Origin: Phoronis australis
Taxonomy: Eukaryota; Animalia; Phoronida
Direction: 5' to 3'
Assembly: GCA_002633005.1 (NCBI GenBank)
Contig: NMRA01000473.1
Location: forward strand, 130,391 to 194,390
Length of the DNA stretch: 64,000 nucleotides
This document shows, piece after piece, positions 51,513 to 64,000 of this stretch; within the stretch, counting starts at the first letter, position 1, and each line of letters starts with the position of its first letter. A program made the translations under genes and the position numbers. The notes beneath the pieces are model-generated. The model was not told where the DNA came from, searched no databases, and saw nothing but the letters and a program-made list of their open reading frames with translations.

Positions 51513-52495
51513 TTTTACCAGTTGAGTAGGGCGAGAACCCTCAGTTGCTCCTGTTCTGATGGGGTAGAGATCTCTTCCGACCAAAATATAGGTGACGTGA
51601 TGTGACCAGTATAGACCGTGATGTGACCAATATAGGCCGTGTATGTTGACTAATAATGTTTATGTATAGTGTTGCGTTTTGGTAGCTGAAATTCTTTGTA
51701 GTTTTCAATGTATAAGGGAAAGCATAAATTGGGGATTTAATAGTGAATATTCTGCGTGTTCTGGAGTAGGTGCTTAGTCAAGGGTGGGCTTTAACTTTGA
51801 AAAGTCTGGTAATGCTTTATCAAAAATTACCATGACAATTTCACTAAAACTGCTCGATTATTACAGATATGCATCTAAAACATCTCCGGAGTTAATGACG
51901 TTGTTGCAATTATTACTGCTAAAAGTCTTAGTTTACCTCCAGTTTTGACCAGACATAAACAGGAAAGTTAATACGACTTTGTCTCTATGATTTTACCAAC
52001 CATAAACATAACAATTTTCCTCATATGAACTGGAATGTGTTGGAGGTCATGAACACCACCATGGCCAGAATCAGCTCCAAGGCAGCCGATAAGACATTTC
52101 TCACTCATTCTAGGTGCTACATTAGGCACCCTGACTTTGCAACTGGCGCCATGTTGTTGTCCCATCCAGATGGAGCCCACCTGTACCCTTTAGAGAACGA
52201 TGTTTTTCTCAATGCTATAAAGGGTGCCTTAGCGTAATTCATTGCTGTCGGACCTCGGGTTTATAGTCAATAGATCTCTCAGTTATGCTTATGTGAGAAT
52301 CTTTTAGACCGTGGCTTTGTTTGGGGGTGTATCACCATATTATGTTATATGTTCAACTGCCCCTGTACTTTTTCCCACATCCCTTGCCACCACTATTCGT
52401 CTTTGAGTACCGGAGCCACGGCCCCCAACACGGGTTGTGGCGGTGGACAGGATTGTTCATCCATGAACAACCCTTCCATGTGACACAAACTGAGC

Positions 52496-53322
52496 TAACC
52501 CTCATTCACCCCATGCTGGATAGACTTCCGACAATTCTCGTTCAATATCGTCACTATGTGTCACTGTTACGACCGTGGATTGCCCTCGCTGTTTCCCTGC
52601 GTGCCGCTAGGTGGGGCGGTAGCCGCGCCAGCACGCAGGTATCACTTAATTTTCCTCGGTAAAATTTTTTACACCGGCGTTTCTGATTGGCTGGTCGAAT
52701 TCTCAACAGGCAGCGCTTTACGCAAACAAACTGGCACGACTGATGGACTGAAGTGTAAATGTGGTCTGTTGTACAGACAAATCGGTGCTTAAAATTTTTT
52801 TTCAGGAAATGTGAAGCCTAGAAATTGTGACTCTGACTTTTCGGAATGCATATTTTTACAGTCGATGAGTTTTGTTTTCGATAGTGTCCTGTATTCATAC
52901 AGTATGAATAACACACCGGTTAAATCGGCCAGATATGTGTTTGTTGTACTTGTATGTGCTTCAACCACGCGGTTATTAAAAATCACTGCAGAAACGAAGT
53001 AGTTGGCTGCGAAGCCACTTGCATGACAAGGCTAAAAATCGTTCACAATCCGCCATTTTTTCACGGTGTTGTAAAGCTAACCAATGATTGCCGAGGTTAC
53101 ATCGACCAAAGCTAAAGCGCGTGCCACTGCGTGGTACCTGCGTGCTGGCTAAGCACGCAGGAACCAGCGAGAGGATTGCCTTGATTGGCTCCCTGTGGAA
53201 GGTCAGAGAGTAGCCAATCAAAGCAATCCACGGTCGTAAGATCACCTCTATGATCTCGAAAACCGCGACACGTAGTGACAAGATTGCCGAAAGACTACCC
53301 AACATGGGGTGAATGGGGGTTA
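52496..53322. mobile_element. Non-autonomous DNA transposon with long TIRs (CCC termini, piggyBac-like)
   Basis: TAACCCTCATTCACCCCATG / CATGGGGTGAATGGGGGTTA. Inverted homology continues through TTACGACCGTGGATTGC and GCCAGCACGCAGGTA (~160 bp). Flanks are TAA/TTA, not a full TTAA. Confidence 0.75.
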
Positions 53323-53767
53323 CATACCCTTTATCTCTTATGAAGAGTAAATGAAATGGTGAGTGGAAATAAGCGCCCGTGATTTAAACGAAAAAACCAC
53401 ACGGTGAGACTAACTAACTGTACTGTCTCAAGGTCAATTCAGTGTTCACGTGGGGGGAAGCCCTGCTGACTGTTATTTATAAACATTTATTATGATTTAA
53501 TGTTACAACTTCAAAAGCATTTATTAGATTCTAACTTGAATGTTTGTTACAAGAGCTAAATGCAATTTACAATTGTTAAGTTTACAATAAAATTATAAAC
53601 AAAAAGTAACTGGGTTCACTTTACATTACAACCGTGTTCTTTCAAAAGTTGCGAAAAGTGGTTTTGCCCACTTTATAAACCTGAGCAGAGTGTAGGGTCC
53701 TCTATGTGTTACAGACAGAATAGCTTTAATGACATAATTGGATGGCAACTATTAATTAGTTAATGCC

Positions 53768-54035
53768 AAAGCATAACACAGGTGTACATGTTTGTATCTC
53801 TTTCGAAGCATAACACAGGTGTACATGTGTTGTATATCTATCGAAGCATAACGCAGGTGTACATGTGTGGTATCTCTCTCGAAGCATAACACAGGTGTAC
53901 ATGTATTGTATATCTATCGAAGCATAACACAGGTGTACATGTATTGTATCTCTATCGAAGCATAACACAGGTGTACATGTGTTGTATCTCTATCGAAGCA
54001 TAGCACAGGTGTATATTTATGGTATCTATGTCGAA
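53768..54035. repeat. ~38-bp minisatellite, ~7 copies
   Basis: Unit GAAGCATAACACAGGTGTACATGTRTTGTATCTCTATC. Confidence 0.92.
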
Positions 54036-55520
54036 TAAAACCTGGTAGATAAGGAGATACTACACAAACAAGAACAAAATTTATTGTATAAAACTGACAA
54101 AAAATGTCCTCCAACATTGCAAGTATCTCTCTATTGACACTATTTTAAGGTGTAATCTATTTTACAAATTGTTGATTTTTAAATTTAAGTTGATGTTTGC
54201 ATCAGAAAATTCTAGTTATTAAAGCAATATATTGTATACTAAAACTTTCTTAGAGGAACCAGAGAAAAACAAACCAAGCTACTTTAGTTGATATAGAAAT
54301 ATTCTGATTAAAATATGATTTAGCCAATGGATAATCCAATCCACAATCGTTTTGCGACACCTGAAGCCTCAAGAAAACGTATGGCTATTTCAGAAACATC
54401 AGTACAAAAAGTACAAAGATCACAATCAACTACGCCATTAAAAAGATATGGAAACAATTCCATGGTCGTACCACCAAATTCCAGCTACGATCCTCGTCCC
54501 GGGCCAACAGACACCAAACCCACGCCCCCAACTTACGCATGCGTTTTCTGGACTCGAATTAGGGTTAGAGGATCGTAGCTGGTGAGAGTCAAGAGGCACG
54601 ACCACTGACGTATTTCCACACATTTTACCTGTATCCAATGTGTTCCTCTCGACACTAATACAGTTCGATAAAGCCATCACACGTAATCTAGTGCTAGTTT
54701 CGGAGATATGGCGAGTGTTACAATTTACCAGCGTTACAATTAGCCAGTGTCATTTCCGTCTCAAAATTCAAGTTACACTAAATGACCTGCCTGCTGCATC
54801 CTTTAAAGTGATATTACAGCGAGTTCAATTTTTAGTGTTTGCTCTAATATTACAAGAACTTGGGTTTCTGTCTAGTGGGACGTTAAAAACTCAGCACTGC
54901 GGATTTGAATGAAAGCTTCAATTAGCAAATTTCATTTTCTGCTATGTGCTGTATTTGATCAGTTCCTCCCACGTGTGATCAGTGACTCAGTGGAATGCCC
55001 GGTATCCCTCGAACAAAAACAAGACACTCGATATTCAACGTTCTCAGATTATTTGACACTCTTAGTCATCGGCTTTTATTGTCGACGTATTTCTTAATTT
55101 GTATGAAGGACTTGATTTGGAGGAGGTCCGTTAGGCATGTACGCCTAAAGAAAGGCATGTACGCCTAACGTAAGGGATATTTTCTTTAAAACAGTTTCAT
55201 TTACTGCTTGACGTCGGTGGTTGGCAGGAAGCGATTTGAAATACACCATTAATTTTTATCCCAAGAACGTTACGACTCTGACACTTGGCCACAGTCACCT
55301 CCCCCCCCTCCCTGCATATTTCGGACCACAACCTCAGGACGGTATGAATTCTGAAAGCGATCGCTGATTGGCTGATGTGTCAGTGACGTGAACGGCGGGG
55401 TATAGGCTGCTTTACACATTCATTGCTTATGTCAAATCTGAAGAGTTTACATCGTAATTTATCTTTGTATCAATCGTCCTTATTTTTTATTGTTTGTCAC
55501 AGTGCTGTAAAAGGTTCGCT

Positions 55521-55602
55521 ATGCCTTTTTGTATGGCACCTGGTTGTTCAAACACTTCGAAAAAGGTGTCTTCTAAAGGGATGGTCATCGCATACCATCG
55601 CC
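55521..55602 (+). pseudogene. THAP-domain N-terminal remnant (transposon-derived)
   Basis: MPFCMAPGCSNTSKKVSSKGMVIAYHR matches the THAP start M-x2-C-x-x-P-G-C-x-N...(F/Y)HR. The rest of the domain is missing. Confidence 0.5.
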
Positions 55603-57284
55603 GGGTTACCCAAGCCTTGGCCCAAAGCTCAGTGTATACTAGATATAGGCCTGGAGGTTTGAGCCGATATGGGTAAAAATGTACAAATAAAATCTGACTC
55701 AAACTAAATGTCATTAAAACTAATCTCATCCTTGAGTAAACCTAGGAACCAGGTTCCTAGAGTAAACTAACTTCTGTATTTACCGATATTGGAAATGTTA
55801 GCGATCGTTCATCGGCTGCTGCTAGTAAAATTGTAATGTATTCTCTTGAGTCGGCTTTTTGCGATTACGTCACCTGACCTTTACCAGTTTCTTTTCCCCT
55901 GATTCTTTTATCAAGTGTTCGTCGCTGACGGTACCTAGGTTGCGTACATGTTATAACAAATTATCGGAACTTGTTTCATTTTGTTACAAGTTTTTAGTAT
56001 TTTCATACCAGCAAATCGAACTTTAAACAACCTTGGTGCTGCGAAGCTGTCATCATGTCCCGAAAGACGTCTCAAATTTTTAGGAAATGGCACGTGCGCC
56101 GTGTCACGAGCGTGTTGTTTTTGAAACGACGACACACTTCGCTGTTAAAAAGGTGGCAAATTATGCTACCAAATGACGTTTATTTGATTGTTTTCCACTG
56201 ATTAAACGGCTGCAACGAACAATGGGAGTGTCAGGTAACTACCACATTTTGCATGCGCCCCCGCCGGTCCGTTAGCTTTATATCTTTATGTAGCCTAAGT
56301 TTTACGACGAGGTGACGAACACAAGTAAACTATACCCGGGTAGTCAACGGCTGTCTGAAATTTCGGGGTTAACGGAGCTCAAATAACAGTGGTAAGATAG
56401 TCTTCATGCAGCTATAGTAGGTAACTTACCAACCCTTCAAGTTTACAGAGCTGAGTATTGACTAACAGCTGGCTGACTTGCTGGCTAGAGTCCTCATTGC
56501 CCACGGCTCAGTCACACCAGTGTAAAATGTTGATACGGACTGGGTTGCACCGGCAATTTTTCGTCTGACGATGACGATGACTGGGTATCACTTTGTGTTG
56601 CCTCGGCTCAAACAGGTATCCCTGGTGACCCCACATTTCACACTAAAATTTCTTATTCCGACAATATAAAAAACGCTTCTTGATTACACGCTAACACAGG
56701 ACAGTAACTTTCAAGTGCCCTCGCCAAATACGTCACGAGGCTAAGCAGTGCTCCAAGCCGGTAATTTTTTTAGCTTCGTTAGAGAATATAAGTTTAATTT
56801 TTGTTGTGAAATATTTGTGAAATTAATCAACAATTCACAGAAAACTAACCAGAATTTATTCAGAATAAAATACAGTTCCCTTTTAAGGATAGAGTACGTT
56901 AACGTGAATGTACATAAATTCATATTCTTATTATTTGCCTTATATTGTATGCTTTTTAGTTAACAGTTTGTTGCTATATTAAACTGTATTTACTGGTGAA
57001 ATTACAGTTTTGTCGGTTCTTCGCACTCTCCGCAAAAAAGTCGAATCTGCAATTCACTGAAGAGCAGACGAGACGATTACACTCTGACGAAAACAACATT
57101 TGTAGGGTTGGTAGGTTTCTTATTTGATTTGGTCGCGTTGTTTTTTATGTTTTTGGCTTTCTAACTTGCCAAATCGACTGCCTTAGTTGCAAAATACAGG
57201 GAAAAGCCACCCGAGCTCACAGCCCAACTTATTGGTCTTACAAGTCAGCGCTTGTTTTATGGTCGGAACGAGTCGAGCTTGGGT

Positions 57285-57520
57285 AGACTGGGTCGAAGGG
57301 GTTGTGGGTCGTGAGTCGTAGGTCGAGGGAGTTGTGGGTCGGGGGTCGAGGGGTGTGGGGGTCGAGGGGTTTCAAAACAATCCCACAAAACATTGTACGT
57401 GTCTGGTTCAAGTGTCTCGAGTATCATACGATACAGCACTCTATGCATCTGGTTCAAGGATCTCCGGTATCATACAGCATACAGGATTGTATGTATCTGG
57501 TTCAAGGGGCTCCATTAAAG
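57285..57520. repeat. GGGTCG-rich simple repeat followed by a ~52-bp tandem duplication
   Basis: GGGTCGA/GGGTCGT units at 57285-57370, then repeated TCTGGTTCAAG..GTATCATAC. Confidence 0.65.
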
Positions 57521-60500
57521 AGGCATGGAACACGACTTTTGAAATACGTGCGAAGGAAAAACTGTAGTCATCACATAGGTTCTATTCTCTCTCTTGTTTA
57601 TGATAAATGCGCGCATGCGCTCGTAGTCATCGCCAAGCTGCTGACTGACAAGACGGATATTAACGCCGAATCTGAGGTGGACAGCACAGAATGAGGCAAG
57701 CCAGTGAAGCAAGCGATTTTCCAAAAACAATTCCAAGTGTATTTTAGAATATATTTGAAAACTACGACACATTTGTAACCAATTTTAAATAGTTAGATCT
57801 CATCTAAGCCACACTTAGGACAATTGCCTCTTAATTGCACTGGCTGCTGTTTGAACTCGGCATTGTTTTGCTTGCATCAAAGGTCAAATATCACATTTTT
57901 CATGTCTTTGTCTTGTCATACCAAATAAGGGTACGTGTTTTGCCTTGTGGGAGAAAAATCGCCGAAGTGACGAGCAGCTGATAGATGACCTTTTTCTTGA
58001 AATTTAAAACTAAAAGACAATGCTTGGTCATCAACAGAATTTTTTTACGAACAAAACGCAAAAATACCTAATGAACAGGTTGAATTCTGTTTCAGTGCCA
58101 GGAAATCACTCTAAATAATGCAATTTAGTCTGCTTTTCGGTTTCCAGACCTCCTTCAAACAAAAAACACACATGACCTAAGATGGTTGCTGGAATATACG
58201 TTAGAAAACACCATTTTTATATTTGCAAGGTTCTCGATGTGAATGAATGAATAAATGAAACTTCGTGCCTAAGAAGCACACAGCCTCGATGAGGCTTACA
58301 GTAATGTAGTAATTACATGATAATTAATTAATGACAACATGGAGGAACATGGAAGGATCTGTATGTACATTACTGTAACTACACAATAATTAATTGCAAC
58401 ATGGAAAAACATGGAAGGATCTTTGAGGCATGCTACTCAAATGACAGCAACACAAAATTAAAATATAAAAATATTAAAATCTTTCCAATCGTAATTCTCA
58501 ATTTTTCTACATAATTACGAAGACTCAACAAATGTAAGTAAATACGGTCACTTAAATAGCGTTAGACTTAGACGTTTCTCATAATTGTGAAGTGCACTTA
58601 ATCATATTGATCGAACCAATCGCGCAACCGTTTCCTGCACAATACTCAATTATCAACGTGATTTATTTCTACTTACGTTTCCCATCGACTTAATTTAGAT
58701 TTGAACATTTTTGTAAATGATTGTGTGTCCATGTTCATTTATGAAAGCCGACTCTTAGCTATAGTACCTTCACGGTATTGTATGACTGCTTGCTCGTTTG
58801 TATCTGTCCATTCTGATATAATTAGGTCTTTGATTACTTCTTGCATTGTATCTTAATGTAATTATTTGTCTTTTGGATAACCGTGTTTATATTTTGAAAC
58901 TCTTAATGGATGGTTATAAATAGGCCTTGCTTTCTCGTGAATCTGCATGGCTTTTTTGCAACACTTCGATTATCATTTGAGAGAATGAGCGGTTTAATTC
59001 ACCTCGTTGCTGTATGGAGTGTTTAAGAGCATCTATGATCTTGCGAATGAGAGTCGATTCCAGTTCTTCACAAAGCATGCTTGACTGGAATTCCTCATTC
59101 CGCTACAATTCGCTGTTGAGTCGAAAACAGGTTTGGGTTTCATCACATGGATTAAAATGCTACAAAATCACGTCCGGGCGATTTCACTGTTGCTAGTGTA
59201 AAACCAGTGTGAGATAAAAGCCTAAGTTAGCAATAAATTTTCCGCACAAAGTGGTGACGGTGATTCGTCGATTAACTTGTGTTAATCAGGCTTTCTGATT
59301 TTGCATTTACTGCGTTCACATGTAGAATTTTTATAAAAAGGCAGATCCTACGCATAATTGCAGGCGTTCAAAAAGAGGGCATATTTGCCCTCTTGCGAGT
59401 AATTAATGCATCGTAAATGTGCAAAATGGCCAATCACGTGCAATCACCTTGGGCGACAAATGCTTTGCTAAAAACCGCGCATTTGCAATTGAGGCTTTAC
59501 ACAGGAAGAGTCTGGCGTTTGGAGGACCATTACGGTCCTTAAAACCACCATTTACCTTGATTTGACAAGTGAATACATTATCAGCATCATTAAACCTTCC
59601 TTTATATCATTGCATGTCACAATGGACAGTAGATATACTGTGACGAACTACAAAAAACGCCGAGTGTAAAAAAGAAACGCGTAACATAGAACGCTCTTAG
59701 GTGGAGAGCCGATCCAGAAACAATTATTGAAGGAATGAAGAGGAATCACAGACAACCAGAAATAGAAAAGGGGACGTATGAACGCGAAACATTAAAGCGC
59801 GGAGGACTTATAGCGTGGAGAAATGGTGGTTAAGGGAGAATCGAAGGCAGTGTACAAGTAATTTCAAAATCCACCTACAGGCGTCAAAAATAATAGACCT
59901 GAGTTTCACATTGTGCGAGTTCAATAAACGTTGAAAATTCTGTGCTCAAGGTGATACGCTGGGCTTCCGGCGTACCTCTAATTTTACCACTACAGGACTA
60001 AGATTGAACTACTTTCTTAATTTATATTGGGAAGATTGAATTCACGACCAAGGGATATATGGAGGTAGGTGCCTGTGCTGGTGATGCCCCGGAGAGATGG
60101 GACAACTTGTTCGAGGGACAGAGTTCCTGTTGCTGAAGACAAACTATACTCCTTTACGGTCTTACACATTGAGCTTAACCCAGTTGATCTCACAGCCTAT
60201 TCTAAGGGATGGAGTCAGCGACATCAAGAAACACTACTCCTCCAAGTTATGCGATGAAACTTGCGATATTTCTGACGATAAAAATGATAGTGGTTCCCAA
60301 ACAAAACAAGATTTTTAAAACTTCGGAAGACAGTATACAAATGGAATTGCAATGTTATAAATTTCTAGTTTGTCTCTATCGTTTACATGTCGTTGTACAT
60401 TAATGTTTGTGAAAGGTTTGTGACAAGTATAAAATTTTATGTACTGCGAGATGACGCTTTATTCTAACTGCTATGATTTAATAACCAGGCCAAGTACCAG

Positions 60501-61125
60501 TAATAACTATTTGTAATGAAGTCAGTTTTTTGATGAGTAATGTTCGTTCATTACAACGACACTGTATAAGCTCATTATAAAACTTCTTAATTATCAAATA
60601 ATATCCTTGACTACCTGCAGTGACACTTTCATGTTTTAATGAATGGACTAGCTGTTCTGGTCACAGCTGATGTTCATTAGTTAATTGATGCAATATAACA
60701 CAAATTAATCAATGAACTGTATAACTTTTATAAAAAAGGACACATCACATCAATTGATCACTGACCACCCATGCAGAACCCGATGATTTAACTTTAATCA
60801 ACAGGAGGATTACTAGTGAATATAAAGTTTCAAAACAACTTCATTAGGGATGCCAAGCGACTACAGAAGATAACAGTTTACGAGTGCCGGAAGTAAATTA
60901 TCCAGCGCTGTCCATTTGAAGATTATCAGTGTCCAGAAATCCAACGATCTACAGACATATATTTAGGTGACCTTGGGAGGTTCTATCTCCCCGAAAAGGT
61001 CTAAGCAAAAGGTCAACAAGATGTTGGCAGTCGCGACAGTTAAGGACGTATGTTTGACTGTGGCGAAGGCAATATACTAAATATTTCGAAAGTGCTGAAC
61101 ATGAGTAGTAAGACGGTGATGGAAA

Positions 61126-61190
61126 TGATGGGAGTGGGGGTCAACTGGAGGTACAGGTAATGATGGGAGTGGGGGTCAACTGGAGGTACA
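61126..61190. repeat. 33-bp-period direct duplication
   Basis: ATGATGGGAGTGGGGGTCAACTGGAGGTACA occurs twice. Confidence 0.85.
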
Positions 61191-63628
61191 CGAATCCATA
61201 CTTCCAACTCCGTGTGGCTTGGAAGTTGCGTCTCCCCAACATTTAGTGGAAATTTGACCTGATTATCATCGTCTTCTCAATATTGTGTTAGATGGGCAGT
61301 ATAACTTGCTTGGTAGAAATCGCCAGATCTTGCAGGTTTAATAGCCTTCCAAAGTTCCTGAGAAGAATGGGGAGATTAAAAACTTTAATCAGGGGGAACC
61401 TCATGCTGAGGTATCCCCTTAAGTTTTAATCAGATGATTAGTACAATGGGCCAAATTGTGAGGGCTAAACACGCCAGGTGCATCACTGAGGATACCAGGT
61501 CACCTTTCTGTTTTTGTTGGTTTTTTTGCTTAACAAAAAAGATTGCATGTAGCCTGATGCCTTTTGCGGTACATCAGGCGTGTGTAGGCCACAAGGCACG
61601 GCCGTTACTCTAATGTAATGGGCCCGGCCTTTGCTCTACAAGCCCGGCGGCATCTGTAATTCAGCGTCGCACTGATTCCTTCATTTTTAGAACTCATGAA
61701 ACTCGGACTGACATCGTGTAGCTAGTGTCGCTGTTCTAAACCCAACATACTTCTCAGTAATGAAGGTTTGTCTAAGAGATTATTGTTCAAAATATCTCGT
61801 CTAGTGAAACTGATCTCAAATTTAATCGTTTTTGTGAATCCTCGCGACCGCCGGGTTTATGTCCTCAGTCGCGCACTATAACAAAGTGACGAGGATGTAG
61901 TTTTTGCATACCTGTACGGAACCATACACCATACAAGGCCGTGTGGTGATGACAGAGCACCATCGTTTGGATTAAGTTCATGATCTCGTGTCGCGAATCC
62001 CCTCTCGGCGATTTTCAATACCAACGCTTATGCCCATGCATGAATAGGGCAGTGTTGATCTCACTTTAAAAGAACAGTTACCAATTGCCCAGGCAACGCA
62101 TTCCGTTTTCAGAGCAAGCATTTCTGGCGTTGGGAGAGATTTTCGTTTGTTATACGTTTAAGGCTAAAAAACTTAGGTTACCCTTTGAAAAGTCAATTTG
62201 AATACATGAAAAAGAGCTACACACAAATCTAAAGGTATGATGTTTTTATAGCACTCTATTTTATGTGTAAATTCATTTTTGTGTTTACGTGAGTAGGCAT
62301 GACGTGGTTTGACCAATTGGTTTTGTCACTTTTACGGCTGCATTGCTACCCTTACCCCCACTCCATATCTCGGAAAAGAAAACACCCCTGTGGAAAGTGT
62401 TACGAGTCCAACATTTGTTCTCAGGGGAAATCATGCCGACTTAATTTCGTAAAAATTCGTGGATTTCATCTTCCTGATTCTCAGCTAACAAAAACGTAGG
62501 CGTTTGAAATTATATTATTGGCTTTGCTCATCATTTTCCAAATATGTTAAGGCTTGGTAATTTTCAAGGGCTTGACAAAGTACTGAGGAAAACCAAAAGA
62601 AGAATAAGAAACCCACAATAGAAATAGCCTCATATCCTGAGAGCCCGATATTAATAAGTTAACTCTCCATTTCCTTAGATGACAATTAAGTGCATTGGTT
62701 TTATCCGATTTTTTTAATTTGTTTTTTTTTTTACTCTGGACTACATCGCTTTATTTTTGAGTTTGTTTTTTGCCATCTAATCCACATTATACTCACCCCA
62801 AACACCTCCCACTCCTTCCATAACGCATCTATTACGCAGCCCTCTGATGACTTCAACTTTTTTATACAAATGTCTTGCTTCGCTTTCCGATCTTCACTTC
62901 ACGGCATTGAAAGTTACGCGAGATTAACATATCCAATGAACATTCTATCGACAATGACTGTTTGCTGTGTTAAGTGACTGTAAATAACTACTGAGGAAAG
63001 CGCATTCTCTGGTAACCAACTCATCGAGAAATTCAATAAATTCTCTAAGCGATCACTTGGCAGCCCTGCATATTTAGCTCTTTATCCCAGGTTTTGTCAC
63101 TACCCTAGCGGTGAGAATGTAAAGCATGGTACAGCACATAATAGCAATTACTGATGCAGGATAGTGAACGGGTGGACAATTGGACTGATGAAAAAAGACA
63201 TGTAACCGACAGTGGGCAGCTTAGAAGTAGTTTAGTAGCATTTCACGCGGTGCATGACAGCTTCAGGTATCAAGGTCATTATTTTCGGAATGCAAAAAGC
63301 TATTTTCAACAATTCAAATCGGGTTTATGGGTACTTAGCTGGCCCGGGAATCCACCCCGGGCAAATCAAACCAAAAATACTCTATAGAGCAATCTGAGCA
63401 TTACAGTCCATCCACATTCATGAGAGCTAGGTGGGGCAACAAGCGAGTTTCTCAAAACAAGAAAAGAATTAGAGACATATACCGCGTCGTCTATTTGATC
63501 ATACAGTTCTAGCCCTGGAATGCCAGTTTCCGCAAGTGACCATTGAATTCCATTATTAGAACTTGTGACCCCGTTACATGAAATTTTAAAAATCCAATCC
63601 AATATTTTGTGTTGCTCACAGCGAATAT

Positions 63629-63993
63629 CGTACTTGCCAGTTGTCCCGCTCTTGGCTGAATATCCCACTTTTTTAATTTTCCCGCCATCCAGCCACACCA
63701 TCAAAATGTCCCGCGACACAGAGCGACACTGACATACTATCATATTTGTTTCATTGGTTTTTGATGCACCCGCAGCTGCCCATTCGACTTCAAAACCAAA
63801 AAACGCCGTTGGGAACTTGTGGGTGAAACGTCTCTCATTCGACAAATAACACTGGCGCGACGTTTATGTGTGCTGCGTCGAACATTTCACTTTTGCGTTT
63901 TCGCAAGGACCCAGATGTCCCGCATTTTATCTGAAAGTCCCGCTTTTCAACCCAGTTGTCTCGTTTTTTCATTCTCGAATGTTGGCAACCATG
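63629..63993. mobile_element. hAT-like MITE
   Basis: Ends CGTACTTGCCAG / GTTGGCAACCATG (CATRNTTGCCAAC-type TIR) with repeated subterminal GTCCCGC motifs. Confidence 0.55.
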
Positions 63994-64000
63994 GAGCAGG

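Noticed and set aside
58560-61100. Coding-like stretches and short ORFs
   Set aside because: No recognisable domain or consistent splice structure. A translated search would be needed.
63366-63845. 159-aa ORF
   Set aside because: Non-ATG start, half lies within a MITE, and no domain motif. Likely a chance ORF.

Overview
Eukaryotic, AT-rich, repeat-dense genomic DNA, most consistent with a marine invertebrate; the taxon cannot be determined from the sequence. The only host gene I can support is a large minus-strand multi-exon gene. I reconstructed it by hand from GT-AG sites: exons at 40918-41121, 31796-32077, 12103-12288, 11474-11593, 7583-7756, 6880-7113, 4894-5157, 2247-2885 and 840-1016, with candidates at 39750-39824 and 48769-48853. 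It encodes a mosaic extracellular protein, Sushi/CCP-WSC-WSC-CTLD-WSC-CTLD-WSC-CTLD..., whose internal exons are all phase 1-1, and it runs off the left edge of the window. Introns and upstream DNA are filled with mobile elements. These include a complete but decayed ISL2EU-type DNA transposon (21188-26088: TIRs, AT TSD, SAP+YqaJ and intron-split THAP genes), further ISL2EU/Harbinger remnants, three Gypsy pol fragments, a CR1/L2-type LINE 3' end, a Penelope GIY-YIG end with a degenerate hammerhead motif, a tRNA-derived SINE, many MITEs and several minisatellites (one with a 154-bp higher-order repeat). Two single-N assembly joins lie at 10416 and 29365. No rRNA, intact tRNA or CRISPR array was seen. 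All domain and family calls come from motif recognition by eye, not database searches.
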